DNA from: the human T2T-CHM13v2.0 reference genome, Homo sapiens
NCBI RefSeq assembly: GCF_009914755.1
Contig: NC_060936.1
Length of the DNA stretch: 64,000 bases
Strand: one strand, 5' to 3'
The position numbers and the translations under genes were made by a program. Shown in pieces: positions 12,666 through 26,872 of this stretch. The notes beneath the pieces were generated by a model, which worked only from the letters and a program-made list of their open reading frames with translations, made no database searches and was not told the DNA's origin. Within the stretch, counting starts at the first letter, position 1; each line of letters begins with the position of its first letter.

Positions 12666-13451
12666 TACAAGTGGTAGCCTGGAGGCGTCTAGAGTGCCCT
12701 GCTGGACATGGTTCAGCCGAAGAATATGAACTTCATCTTTGTGGTAACAGGGAGCCATTGAGAATGTTTTAAGCAGGTGGATGGCAGTCAGATCTGCATT
12801 TCAGGACTACATCTCAAGAGCCGCAATCAAATCCCAAAGAGTTTGTCAGCCTCAATTAGTGCAGAAATCATGCCTCCTCCTTGCTGTATGGTTCAGTTAT
12901 AGAGAAAGCTGAGAGCCACGAGCCAGAAGGAAGGGATTTGGTAGGCAGTAGAGGCATCAAATCATTGCAGCCCAAGGCTCTCGGTGCCAGCTGGAGCAAT
13001 AGCTAATTGCAGAGTTGTTTCAGAAGGCGCTGAAGTTCCACAGCTGTCCCAGACTCCCAGAGACCAAGCAAGGATCTGTGTAGGCTGTTGTCTCCAGGAA
13101 CATACTTGCTGGGGACATGGCCTGGTTCCTAGCAGGAGGCACAACTAGGACATCCTTCTACATGGGTCAGGTACATCATCAGTGCCTGAGTTCCCTGAGG
13201 CCTCGAGGCTAAGGCAATCGAGGCAACATGACTACCACTGGGGACAGCCCTCTTACGTTCCATGAAATATGGGGTGAGAAAAAAAATGGCTATTTTTCCT
13301 GTTTGGTCTAAATTCATTTTTTTTCCCCAGTGTGAAAGTATGTTTGAAAGGAGGACAAAAAGGCTTCCAGCCAGCTCCTCTTCCACTAAGGAAGAAAGGG
13401 CATAGGATTTGGGCACAAGAAAACTAGAATGTGGTCCTTCATCTGCTGTCA

Positions 13452-13706
<255 letters not shown>

Positions 13707-13736
13707 GATGGGATTAGAATGAGTGACTGAGCTCAA

Positions 13737-13985
13737 GAGCTGTGTCATCCACTAGAAACATTTACAAGCCACAAATGTGAGCCACATGTGTAATCTTAAA
13801 TTTTCTGGTAGTCACATTAACAAAAGCAGCAAAAGAACAGGTGAAATCATTTTTAATAATATATTTTATATAAGCCAATGTAGCAAAAATATTTTAATTT
13901 CAGCATGCAATAAACATAAAATATCATTAGTGTGATATTTACATTCTTCTTTTCCTACTTCTTTTCCTACTGTGTCTTGAATTTA
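13737..13985 (+). mobile_element. MER33 hAT-Charlie DNA transposon, partial
   Basis: GAGCCACATGTGTAATCTTAAATTTTCTGGTAGTCACATT...AACAGGTGAAATCATTTTTAATAATATATTTT. Confidence 0.8.
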
Positions 13986-15318
13986 GATTGTGGAATTCTA
14001 ACATGAACTATGCTTTTGCTGCATCAAGGGAGTATAGGTTAAATATGGGAGAGAGCTTCTTGTGAGAGTAGATATTAAAAATGCAAACACTGGGTCCTGA
14101 AGGAGGCTGTGGAAGCTCCTCCACAGAGGAGACAGACAGAGCTGGGTTCCAATAAATCCTGACCCCACTACTTACTGAGGGTCCCTGGGCAAGTCACTCT
14201 GTCTTTCTAAGGCTGAATTTTCTTATGTGTCAAATAGTTGGGATGATATCCTATGGTAGTAATATAGGTTAAATAAGATAATATATGTAAAACATTTAGC
14301 TCAGGGACTGGCATATTTTAAGCGTTTGATTATGACAGATATTACAATTATTCCATTGAGGCAAAATTAAAGCCAGAATTACATGCATTGGGAAAAAAAT
14401 TATACGTTCTAGGCCTCAGAACAAGGATAAAAAACTGTAACTCTAGACCCTCATCGTCCCCATCATATGTCCTGCAAAATGTCACTCATCAGTCAGTTTC
14501 TCTCTATCTGAGCCCTGAGGAAACCTCGGAAGCCTTCTCAACACAGGTAACCACTGTCCCTCAATCTGAACTGGCAAGTGGATCAAATTTATGTGCCATC
14601 CCTGCATTAGCATTGCGTGATAGAAGGAAGATGTTGGAATCCCAGGAGGCAATGCTAAACAATGATAGAAAATGTGGGGAGGAGGAGAGATTGACAGAGA
14701 GAGACAGAGAGAGAAAGAGAGAGACAGAACAAGAGCAAAAGAGTTTTCAGCAGGGAGCTGGGTGTTTCTTTCATTTTGGGGTCAATGTGATTGAGCCTGC
14801 ACAGGACTGCCTGTGAATCCTGCACTGACTGGAGCGTGGGTACCAGAGTCTCTCTGCAATGCCTTCCAGGGCCAGACATTTGGGCTGGGGTTGAACCCTG
14901 ACTATTCCACCCAGGGAAGCAGTTTCATTTAGAATTCCAAGGACCCAATTTATCTGTGTCACACTACTGGCTCCTCCAAGGCTGATAACAAATGGCTGAT
15001 CATTTCCCCCACCACCCTGCTTCCCAATCATCGCGCTTGCTCAGCCCCTCAGTAATGGAGGGTCTCACACGGGAGAATTGCAGAGCCAGCCTATCCATCT
15101 CCTGCTGATGGAGGGGAAATCTCCTTACAGAGCCTCAGGGCTTCTCTCACAAAGATGAGAGAAGGAGAATCAACTTGACACTCCTTTCCCTCTGAGACGA
15201 TGTGGCAGAAACAGGAGGAGGCTTACAACAAATTTAAGGGAAACACATCCATCTGTCTTTTCTTTGTTTCTTTATTCATTTGACAAATATTTTCAGGGGC
15301 CCAGGGCAGTTTCTTAGG

Positions 15319-15586
15319 ACCAGGAAGGATGGCATTGCAAAGATGAGCAGGCTTGGTGTCTGCCCTCAGAATTTACAGAACACCAATGACTAGAATCCAG
15401 CTCCAAGCTTGGAGTAAACAGATGAAGAAGCAGAAGAGAGCCCTGGGGTGGCTATGGGGGACATCTGTGGGTTTTGTTTCACCCAGAGAGGCTTGTTGAG
15501 TGCTTTACTGGCCATTTGTTACCAGGAAGGAGGAGATTGCAAGGATGGATCAGGCTTGGTGTCTGCCCTCAGAATTTACAGGACAC
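15319..15586 (+). repeat. ~65-bp direct repeat (15319-15383, 15521-15586) bracketing a 119-bp copy of 17528-17646
   Basis: Perfect 31-bp core CAGGCTTGGTGTCTGCCCTCAGAATTTACAG in both flanks; insert matches 104/119 to 17528-17646. Confidence 0.92.
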
Positions 15587-15599
15587 AGGAGGCAAGTGG

Positions 15600-16165
15600 A
15601 ACAACCACCACAATCTCCTAAAGAAGGTCATATTGCCCCTTGCTTGCAACTCTAAAAAGCCTTCTGCAGGTCTCGGAATAAAATTCAATCTCCTGACCTT
15701 GGCTTTAAAGCGTGATCCACTGGGCCTCACTTACTTCTTGATCCTGTCACCCGCTTCACTCCAGCTGCAATGGCCAAGAAGTTCCCAGTCTCTCCTCAGT
15801 TCCTGCCTCAGGGCATTTGCACTGCCATTCCTCCTGCTTGGGGTGCCCTTCCCTGACCTCCCCTTTCTTGTTCATTCCTTCTTTTCATTCATATCTCAGC
15901 CCAATGGCCTCTCCCAAGAGCAGCCCTATCTGACCCCCAGCTGACAGTTGCCACTCCTTAGCTTTGATCACACTGTCCTGTATCATTCTCTGTAAAGCAC
16001 TTCTCCCTGGCTGGTGTTTCTTTTTTGTTTGTTTGTTTAGTGTCTGTCTCACCTCCAAAATGAAAGCTCCAGGGACTCAGGGACTTTGTAGTTCTTGACT
16101 CTCCCCTGATCCTGACACCTAGTAGAATATCTGTAAATACTGGCTTATTTAGTGAATGAATAAAC
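15600..16165 (+). mobile_element. L2 LINE 3' portion
   Basis: CTCAGGGCATTTGCACTGCCATTCC...ATCTGTAAATAC...GTGAATGAAT, the typical L2 3' end. Confidence 0.8.
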
Positions 16166-16878
16166 TAATAGTGAACATTTTTGAGCACCTATCAGACAGG
16201 AAGAACGTTTCACATGAATTAATCTCATTGTCCTCCTAATGTTCCTAAAAGGTAGGTGGTATGATTTTCCCCATTTTACAGTGAGGAAACTTAACTCACA
16301 AGAGATTGACCTGCTGGCCTGAGTGCCCAGCTGTTGGGGGGTGGAATCAAGATTCCAAGTCACGTCTTGGGAGGCCAAGCTCTTAACTCCTATCCTGCAC
16401 TCTCTTTTCATGTAGACATGCCATGTATCTCAGTCCTTGTTCTTTGTCATGTCACTTGCTCAGGAGGCTTCTATATACCCGTGGCCTCCTCTAACTGGAG
16501 ACCTGGTTTACGTTTTGAGTCCTGGCTGTGACATATGAGGAGCTGCTTAACCCTCCCAAAGCCTCACCCTCCCCAAACTGATGAGACTGAGGGTTCTGCC
16601 GTGGGGGTTGTCAACCTAAGAAGCTCTGCTATCAGCTTCCACATGACCTACAATAGAAACCACTAAGTAGGCCAGCCTCCCAGGTTTCCTTTCCTTTCAC
16701 ATGCTAGCATCCTCTTCATTCTATTCTGCATCAAAACATATGAGTACAATCACGGCAGCAAACTATGCTTTAAAGTTTAAGCAATTTGGCGGGGGAGGGG
16801 TGGTTGTTGACTTTGTCTCAGTTGATTCTCACAAGAAGATAGAGCGCATGTTTAAAATTATTTTTATTTCTTAGTATG

Positions 16879-17261
16879 TGTGTTAGTCCATTCTCACACT
16901 GCTATGAAGAAGTACCCAAAACTGGGTAATTTAAAAAGGAAAAAGGTTTAATTGGCTCACAGTTATGCATTGCTGGGGAGGTCTCAGGAAACTTACAATC
17001 ATGATGGAAGGCGAAGGAGAAGCAGGTACCTTCTTCACAAGGTGGCAGGATGGAGTGAGTGCAAGCAAGGGAAATGCCAGATGCTTATAAAACCATTAGA
17101 TCTCATGAGACTCACTCATCATCAGAACAGTATGGGGGAAACCGCCCCCGTGATCCAGTTACCTCCACCTGGTCTTGCCCTTGACATGTGAGGATTACAG
17201 GGATTATGGGGATTACAATTCGAGATGGGATTTTGGGTGGAGACACAGCCAAACCATATCA
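16879..17261 (-). mobile_element. THE1D-like MaLR solo LTR
   Basis: TGTGTTAGTCCATTCTCACACTGCTATG...ACACAGCCAAACCATATCA; TSD GTATG/TTATG. Confidence 0.9.
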
Positions 17262-17299
17262 TTATGGTTCAATCAAAAATAATATTTTAGAACATTTAG

Positions 17300-17990
17300 A
17301 AAATGAATCAAGATGGAGGACTTATCACAAAAACTTCCTTTCCTCCTGACCCAAGTTCCATAAAAACAAGAGAAAAAAATAATTTTAAGCCCAATCTATC
17401 TACAACTTTGTTGTAGGGGTGGGGAACTGGGTGTTTACCATGGACCTGTCATTTTGAAGAACTTCTGAAAGACTTAATTTAGATGCTATCTGGTCTATAG
17501 AGAAGGGACTCCAGAGAAAGCCACAGCCTAGAATCCTGCTCCAAGCTTGGAGTAAGTTGATGAAGAAGCAGAAGAGAGCTCTGGGGTGGCTTTGGGGGTG
17601 ATTTGTGGGCTTTGTTTCGCCTAGTGAGGCTGGTAGAGTGCTTTACCCTCTTCACTTGGGGTCAGTAGAAGTGTGGACATCAGGACTCAAGTGCAAGCGG
17701 TGCCCTAGGCTGCTCTGAACTCCGGGAGGATGGGACCTCCCACATGGAGAAACAAGCAGCTGATACTCCCCACCTACTCTGCAGCATCTCACCCCCAGAT
17801 ACCTCAGAGGCAGGTGTCAGGAAATAGAAACCCTGCTCATAGGCATGCAGCCTGTACCTCAAATACGAAGATGAGCATAAACCCAGGATCTCTAAGTATT
17901 TGAAAAAGAAACCACACCTGAAAGAGAAAAATGAATGCCCAAGTAAGCAGAGATCACAGAGCAAACAGAAGATGAAAGTCAAGGGTGAGA
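17300..17990 (+). mobile_element. Old L1M/HAL1-type 5' region remnant
   Basis: AAGATGG start and AACCCAGGATCTCTAAGTATTTGAAAAAG resembling old L1 ORF1-proximal sequence. Confidence 0.45.
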
Positions 17991-18485
17991 GAATAATAAG
18001 ATAAATTAGAGTATGTCAGATTTAAAACATAATGCAATTATGTATTTTTTTCTCATTGCTAAAGGACATTACTAATTGTAGGAAGTGTAGAAAATACAGA
18101 ATACACATAGAAGAAAACTATAATCATTTGTGATCACAACGTTGAGAGGAAATAAGAAAATGTATTTTACTGTCTTTCTTTTCAATCTTCAAATACATAT
18201 ATGTATGCATATATAAATATATGTATGCATATCATTTTTCAAATAATTTTTATACAAAAGGTATCACATTTTTTGGTAACCTGTTTTAGAAGAACTCTCA
18301 AACTTAATTTTATATCCCATGTCATTAACCACCTGTCTACATGTGACTTTTAACACATACACGCTATTACACTGTATGGATTTACCATAATTTATTATGC
18401 CAATGCTCTATCTTTAGACATCCAGATTACTTCCAACTTTTCAGTTATGAATAAACAATGCCGGAATAAACATCCTTGAGCATGA

Positions 18486-18890
<405 letters not shown>

Positions 18891-18999
18891 TAACAGTTAA
18901 CAGCTAACATTTTTAAAGCGTGTCACATATGGGCAAGTGACTCCAAACTAGTTTTTGTGTCTCCAGATTCCATGTTTCTGCCTTTGCTCATTAGTGCTG

Positions 19000-19225
19000 C
19001 CTTTATATACTATTTGGAATCTGAATTGTTGGCTTTGCCACTTGCTAGGGGCAAGTGTAACCTTAGGCAAGTCACTACAGCTCTCTGAGCCTCAGTTGTA
19101 TTATCTGTAAAATGGAGATGACCATACTATTGAACTCACAGGCCTACTGTAAGGATGTCATGAGGGACTAAAATAATGAACACAATGCTTGGCATATGGA
19201 AAGAACTCAATAAATACTAGCCACT
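19000..19225 (+). mobile_element. MIR SINE
   Basis: ACCTTAGGCAAGTCAC...CTCTCTGAGCCTCAGTT...CTGTAAAATGGAGAT. Confidence 0.85.
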
Positions 19226-20084
19226 TCTCTTAGTCTGTCCATGGAGCTAATCAGGAATTAACATTACTCTTTCATTCACACAGTGGGGAGTGCTTAACCA
19301 GCCTGTCTTGAGAATCTCTTTGCCAACCACCCTGCAACTGGGATTTTTCCTCTTTTGGCCTTCAAATGCATCTAAAGAGGAGGGAGTTGGTGGGGGGGAG
19401 GTGGGGGTGACAAAGGTCCCAGCATTCCCACCAGCCTCCTGTTGGCTGCAAAAATCCTATAGGAATCTGCTTCTGGAGGGCTGGCTTCCCATCTGGCTGT
19501 AATCACCCGCCTGCTACCCGAAGCATGAGTGCCTCACAAATTAGGGAAATCAGAGGCTGCCTCTGCAGACCATGCACAGGCAGCAGGATGCCGAGTGGCT
19601 GCAGAACCACTTGCTGAAGCTAAAATTAACAAGCTTCTTGGGTTGAAGGTTTTAATTAAAAAAGGCTAGAGAATTATTTCCTTAATTCAGATACTTCTTC
19701 TTAGTAATCACTTTCCCCTTTGCTGCCCTGAGATTTTTATCTATAGCAGCCTGAGCTATACAGTACCCAGTGATGGAGTTTGGGGCCTTGAGTGTTATAT
19801 GGAGTGGGTGCTCTTCAGGGATTCATTTTGGGGCCCCAGACCTCTTCATGCTGTGCATTTCCTCTTGGCCGTTGCACCCTCTCCCATGATTTTAGATATT
19901 AGCCATGTACTGTTGGCTTCATACTTTGGAGTTCTCCACGAGTCACTAAACCAGTATGTCCATAGGTAGGGCAATGGGTCTAAAATATTCTCCTTTTTTT
20001 CCTCTTTTCCCCAATTCAGTACATGAAGTACTGAATACTCAAGCCAAGTTGCTGGGACACCCAAGATTCTTGGGGCAGAAACTG

Positions 20085-20535
20085 TACCTTTCCAGTATCT
20101 CTCCTTCTTACCACTTCAGAATGTATCAGACAGATATGCAACTACCAGTTCCTGCATTTTGTGGCCTGAGGGTGTTTCTTGTCACTACAGCCCACTCTGC
20201 CGCCTATATGGTGGCTCAGATGCTCTGAAGAATATGTGCCCACCTCCCAGAAGCAGCCCTCAGCTAATACTGACAGGAGCTGTGTATACTCACCCCAGCT
20301 CCCTTGCTGCTCAAGTGGGATTACTCTGGGGTGATGTTCTACACTGTCTCTCACAGCTCCCTGGCAGGATTAAGCACCGCTTTCACACAGTGGTAGCTGA
20401 GCAGAAAACATTTCCTTTATTTGTTGCTTTCTCTTTTTTTCTTTTTCCCCTTCTCCTCCACCTTCACCTTCTAAATGTAATTCTCCCTCTTGAATCCCTA
20501 TCTCAGGGTCTATGACTGGGGACCAAATTAAGGAT
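20085..20535 (+). mobile_element. LTR16C-like ERVL solo LTR
   Basis: CCCCAGCTCCCTTG...TGAATCCCTATCTCAGGGTCTATGACTGGGGACC. Confidence 0.65.
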
Positions 20536-21023
20536 TCTCCTGTCTCCCTCTGAGCTACTATGTCCATCCATCCTCAATGCCTGTCTCCTTCAATATCTCA
20601 CCAAACTGACCTCTTCTCTTTCTTCTTGTTGCTGCTTAGTCTAAGTTCTCAGTATCACTCATCTGGACCGCTGCCCAGCCTCTCAGTCTGTCCCACAGCT
20701 TGTCCCCCATCTCACCCCTGAAATCTATCATATAGATGCACTCAAGACTATCTTTGTAAAATGAAACCTGATCATGCCATGCCTCTGCTTTATCTCCACA
20801 AGGGCTCCCCATTGCCTCTGGGAAACAGACTAAATTCCCTAGTTTGACTCACAAGATCATCTGTGACATATTCTAAAGCCTTCCACATGGTATTCCTGGA
20901 GCCTAGCATGTTCAGCTTCCCCCGGCCACCCCCTTTGTCAGGCTCCCCTACTGATGCTCAATAACCACCCCTTAGTGGAAGCCTTCTCTGACATGTCCTC
21001 CACCCCAAACTGAATTAGGTCAC

Positions 21024-21411
21024 TGTATTTTTTTGCCAGGACTGCCATAGCAGAATGCCACAGACTGGGTGGCTTCAACAACAGACAATTTTTTCTCAGT
21101 TCTGGAGACTAGAAGTCCGAGGTCAAGGTGTCAGCAGATTGAGATTCTCTCCTTGGCTTGCAGATGGCCACCTTCTCACTGCATCCTCACATGGTCGCTC
21201 CTCCTTCTGTGTGTTGTCTGTGTCCTAATCTCCCCTTCTTATAAGGACACCAGTTGTATTGGATGAGGACCCACCCATGTGACCTCATTTTAGCTTAATG
21301 ATCTCTTTAAAGGCCCTATCTTCAAATACAGCAATATTCCGAGGTCCTGGGGGTCAGGACTTCAACATGTGAATGGGTTATGGTGCAGGCGGAACAATTT
21401 AGCCCATTATA
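21024..21411 (-). mobile_element. MLT1B-like MaLR solo LTR, inserted in an L2 remnant spanning ~20550-21610
   Basis: ACAGACTGGGTGGCTTCAACAACAGA...CTTATAAGGACACCAG...GGACTTCAACAT. Confidence 0.85.
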
Positions 21412-22063
21412 GACCCTTCTCTTTTTCCCCACAGCCCTCACGCCACATGTTCCTCTAGCTCGGAAACCCTTTATCATAATGTCCTGTGCACTTATCTTTC
21501 TCCCTAACTAGACTACACCTGTGAAGGCAAGGACCCTTTCCACTGCTGCATCCCCACAGTGACTAGAACCCTGCCCGGCACACCGTTAAGTACTCAACAG
21601 CTATCTGTAAAGCACATGCATGTAGTTGCCATCCTGGTTATCCTTAGAATCAAGTGAGGGGCAAAAGAAGAAGGACCTGTATACTCAGCTTGAGGCTGAC
21701 TGTAGCTGGAAGACAGAGGTGAGATAATGTTGCATGGCCACACCACCATGCCCAGTTTCCCCTTTGGGACATTATCCCGTGGGTTTTTCTTTCTTGAGCT
21801 GCTCTCCCTATCCTCCTCATTCTGATATCTCACCCAGCTAGACCAGTGTGGTGAATATATCCAGCAGCACCCAACAGCCCTGCAAACCGACAGGCTTTCT
21901 TTGACCATAACCATCTCAGACAGATCAATGTGAATCCCTTCCTTAGCAGTTGCAAGGAAAGAGCAGTTAATCTTGCCCAGGGTGGGCCACCCTGCTTTAA
22001 AGGAGTGAGTGGAGGTAGAGGTGCCTATATTGTTTCATGTCTAACTTCGACAAATCAAGTGAA

Positions 22064-22399
<336 letters not shown>

Positions 22400-22639
22400 T
22401 GAATGTTTCAGAGATGACTTCTTTTTTCTCATTGATCCTTTCACCAGCTGCCATCATCCTTTAATTATAAGTCTCCACTTCCTTCCATCCTCTCTGACAA
22501 ATAGATAATAATGATCTGTAAACAAACACATACGTGCACCAGGGGAGCAACTCTTGATAATAATTCTGCATAGCAGGAGGCAGGCAGGTAAGCAAAGCAC
22601 GAAGTCACTCAGACTTCAGTTAGGATCATGGTTTTGCCA

Positions 22640-22843
22640 TGCCATCTGATAGAGCGTTCTGTGCAGATGGAAATGTAGTATACCTGTGCTGTACAATAAG
22701 GTAGCCAGTAGCCACATGTGGCTGTTGAACACTTGACGTGTGGTTAGTGTGATTGAAGTACTGGATTTTAATTTAATTTAATTTTAATTAATTTAAGTAG
22801 CTACATGTGGGTAAAGTGGCTACTCTGCTGAAAAGTGCAGCTT
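22640..22843 (+). mobile_element. MER3 hAT-Charlie DNA transposon
   Basis: GATGGAAATG...GTAGCCAGTAGCCACATGTGGCTGTTGAACACTTGA. Confidence 0.8.
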
Positions 22844-23404
22844 AGAGACCAGTCATGTCACATCTCTGAGCCTCTTCTTTCTCCCCTGTAAAATGGAGAT
22901 TAAAATCTCTATTGCATTAGGATAATACTAGTTGCTATTACAAACAGGCTATGTGGCATTAGAGGCTCCAACAAGTCAGAAGTTTGTTTCTCGCCCATGT
23001 AACAGTCTAGGGCATGCCCCCTCCAAAGAATATTCAGGGATTCAGGCTGATGGGGTTTGCTATCTCCAACACACAGACATTTTAGTTATTCCCATCTAGT
23101 CACCAGGAAAGGGAAAATAGCAGAATTCCAAAGCTAGGGGTTTTCTCTTAAGCAATTGAGGTAGAATTTGTAATGTCATTTCCGCTCTGCCAATTCTTGG
23201 CAAGAAAACACTCACATTACCACACGTAACAGCAAGGGGAGCTCAGAAATTTAGTCCTTAGCTGCGTCACAGTGTCCTAACTAGAATTATCTTAGTGTAG
23301 AATAAGGAAAGAACATATTTTGGAAGACAGATAACTGTATCTATTACACCTACTTTGGAGGATTGCTGTATGGGTTAAATATGTTACGTATGTGACACGG
23401 TACT

Positions 23405-23900
23405 TGTGTAATAGTCAGCTTTTGCTGTTAATAAGAAAACAACTCTACCGTTTCGTGTCTTAAGCCAACAATGCTGAGTGAGAGTTAGCAATTTGGGCTG
23501 TGTTCATGTAAGCAGTTCTAGACTCAGTTGATCTCAGTGTGGCTTCCATCAGTGCTGCTTCCATCAGTGCTGGGTCAGCTGGGGCTGGCTGATCTAGGAT
23601 GGCCCTGGCTGGACCATCTTTCCTTGCTCTATTTAATTTTTATCCTCCAGCTGGCAAGTGACGGGGTCCAAGACAGTGAGGGAACACTCACAGGGCCTTT
23701 TGAGGTTTAGGATTGGAAATGACACCCAATCACTGCTGTCACATCCTATCAACTAAAACAAGTTACAAAGCCAATCAAGAATCAGGGGCAGGAAAACAGA
23801 CTCCATCTTTTAATGGGAGGGGATGCAAAATCACATTGCAAAGGAGTGTAGTTATAGGGAGGGGAATAATTAGAGCCATTTTTGAAACAGTCTACTATAA
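23405..23900 (-). mobile_element. MLT1-family MaLR LTR (G/H-like)
   Basis: TAGTCAGCTTTTGCTG...AAACAGACTCCATCTTTTAATGGGAGG; contains a 15-bp tandem duplication at 23542-23571. Confidence 0.7.
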
Positions 23901-25654
23901 TTTGGTATACAATTTATTCAGTAAATGATGCCTAATGTTATTTTATTAATTCACTTATTAATTCTATATGGTCCCCTCATTCAAAAATTTATTGAATGTT
24001 TACTATGCATCAGGCTTTAGGCCAAAGACAGTGACTGCATTTGGATGTGTTAGGCATTGAACTCTGTAAGAAGAAGTCAAGTTAACTTTTGTGTCATAAA
24101 AAGAGAACAAATAAACCTCAGAATAGATGCAGTTTTTCATTCTTTAGTCCTTGACGATGCCTAGTGTCCTCTTGTCATTTCCTGGGTACCAATGATGAAA
24201 AGGTACCTTGTTAACCATGACCCCTGTTGTTTTGACTATGGTGTGACCATCTCTCTGGGCCTGGGTGAATTACCAATGAGGTTTGCCACTTGTGGCCTTG
24301 TCTGCTGCAGGGAAGCACTTTAGGATGAACCTGGACAGATCCAGCATGAGCTGACAGAGCCTTTGGAGAGAGAGAATAAACAGCCCGCTGATTCAGAGGG
24401 CTATTAAAGGAATCTTTCTTGCTTCAGCATAAAACGACTTGTCTTGCCTGCAAGATGAATCAGAAGCATAAAGGGTGATGAATGGAAGTGATTTCCAAAG
24501 CACTGGGAAATATCATGGGCCCCACAGTGAAGTCACATCTGGTGGCTTCAAGATACGTCTTGTGCCCAATGGCATTCATCTCTGTCACTTCTCCAGGTAC
24601 CTATGGCCTACTCCCACTTTCTTACTATCAAAGCCAGCAATCTCAGCTGAGAGCCTTATTGGGGACATGCTCTCCAGAACTGACAGCTCCCAAACAAAAG
24701 GAAACTGCAAAAAGAAGACCGAAGTTCTCAAGATAGGGAATCCTAGAAAGATAAGTGCTTCCAGCCCTCACCTTACTCTGCCTCACCTGTGTCTTGCTTT
24801 GAATTGCTTTGGGCATAAAATTGACTTATCAAAGGAGCAGACAGGGACCACTGCATCAAACAAGAATCACTTGGGAAGTCCCCCCAACATTTTGTTATGA
24901 AAAGTTTCAGACCTATAGCAAAGTTGAAAGAATTTTATCCACCCCCATTTTCTTTTTCATGCTTTATCACTTATCTATCAATTTGCCCCTCCTTCTTTTT
25001 TGATACATTTCAAAGTAAATGGCACTCATCAGTGCACTTTGGTAGGGGATTTTTTTAAATTGCTCATATCAGCAATCCATATTCAGGTCCCTGAATCACT
25101 AGCCAGGGGATCTGCATTTTAAATAATTATTAACCCCACTTTGCAAGTGAGAAAACAGGACAGAGAGGTGATAGGACCTGCACTACAAAAGCTGCCTAGG
25201 AGTTGAACTCCTCTCAGTCTCTTGGTCCAGAACTGCCTGGGTAGGAGGAGTTCAGGGCACCTCAGCTTAGTGACTATGTCTTGGAATTCCCCCTGCTCTC
25301 TTGCTTAGAGTATGGGACTTTGGCCAGACTCAGGCTTAGAGCCTGTGTTCCGTCTTCCTGGTCTAAATGTTCCTTGAGGAGAGGGGCTGTGTGTAAGACT
25401 TTGCTTGTAGCCCTTGCACCAAGAATTGTTGAACCTCTTGAAATCTGTAACGTGGAGATAACAATGATTTTCAACTCATGGGTTTAATGAGGTCATTCAT
25501 AGAAATGTACAAGTGCTAAAAAGAAGTAGCTTTGTTATGATATTCATTAATAAGTATAGCCTTTGTAAATCTCAGTCTATAAACTCAGGCAAGCATGAAA
25601 ATGTAACTGCATTTTTTCCCTATAACCAAACTCAGTTTTATATTGAGCACCTGT

Positions 25655-26130
25655 TTTACCTTAGAACCCTCAAAAAACACCCTGAGATGAAGATTCATGT
25701 ACAAGTGACTTATAAGGAAGTGGCCCCAGGAAAATCTGATCAAGGAATAGGTGACTGAGAGCTCAAGGGATGGAGGCAAGCAAGGTCTCATGGAGGATAA
25801 GCTTTGCTCAGCCCTGCAGGGAGCTGGAGACAGTGATGGTTACCCTCAGAGTCTTTCAGATCAGGGGGCATGGAAGCTGGAATATTTGTATATCCCTCCC
25901 ACATACTATCAGGCATTAGTTAAGGGTTGTCCTGGGGGAGTGAATACCTGGGCACTCTAGGTTCTCTAGGCAATTAAGCCTAAGGGGTTCTAGTAGCTTG
26001 AGGGTGGTCCTCCCACCACGAGATTTAAGTGCTGGCCACGCAGAGTCAAAGCACATAGGAAGACTGGGTGGATGAAAATGATAAGGTGTCTGAGGGATGT
26101 ACGTGGAACACTAGTAACATCTGCTGCAGA
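25655..26130 (-). mobile_element. LTR16A-like ERVL solo LTR
   Basis: ACCCTGAGATGAAGATTCATGTACAAGTGACTTATAAGGAAGTG. Confidence 0.6.
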
Positions 26131-26776
26131 GCCCATTCTGCTACAGCAGAAATCTAGTCCACTTGGGTTCCCTGGAGAGCATACCTTGTACCAAAGCATG
26201 GCAGTGAGATGCAGATCGAGTCCTTCCTTTCTAGTCTGTTTGTTCTGGCAACAGCTGCAACATCTTTGACCTGCCTGGCCTTTGTATGTCTACCCATCTA
26301 GGTCATTGCTGAATGAGTCTGCATTTCTGACCCAAATGACCTCTCAGCCCCCAGCCTGGCCTGTAAGAGCCCTTCTACTGCTATCACACCATTCTGAGAT
26401 TTAGGAAACCCCATTCACAGGACCCACCTGGACACCTGGATTATTCTTCTGCTCCCACACCATGCTACAGCACTGGAGTCTCAGAAGGATGGGGTTCTGG
26501 TCCACCCTTTTACAAGGTACACCTGGGGAAGGGCTGGGGCAATGCCTGCTGCTCTCAGGTGCCCCAGCCTACCTGGGGGTGCGGCCTCACCACCAAAATC
26601 GGCCTGAGAGTGGGATGGTTGAGGAGTAGAGTTCTTTCTCAGGCTCCTAATACCATCTGAGCACTTTGAGTCTCTTCTTACTCTCTTCTTCCTTAACATC
26701 AAGGGAGCGTATCTAAATATAGGACATCTTGTCCTTACTAAATATTTTTCCACATAGGTTTTATGAGCAGCACAAG

Positions 26777-26872
26777 AGTGCTTCTCAAACTAGTGTATAT
26801 CAGAATCACCTGGGGAACTTAATAAAACCACGGCTTTACATAGGTCAAATCTCCAAAGATTCTTATTCTGGG
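26777..26872 (+). mobile_element. MER5 hAT-Charlie fragment
   Basis: AGTGCTTCTCAAACT...ATCAGAATCACCTGGGGAACTT. Confidence 0.7.

Noticed and set aside
15319-15586. Repeat-spacer-repeat units (here and at 60928-61296) as CRISPR-like arrays
   Set aside because: Only two diverged 60-65-bp repeats each, spacers over 130 bp, no cas genes, primate context; better explained by template switching.
15474-15944. Longest ORF (156 aa)
   Set aside because: Runs across a duplication junction into a decayed L2; chance open frame with a non-ATG start.
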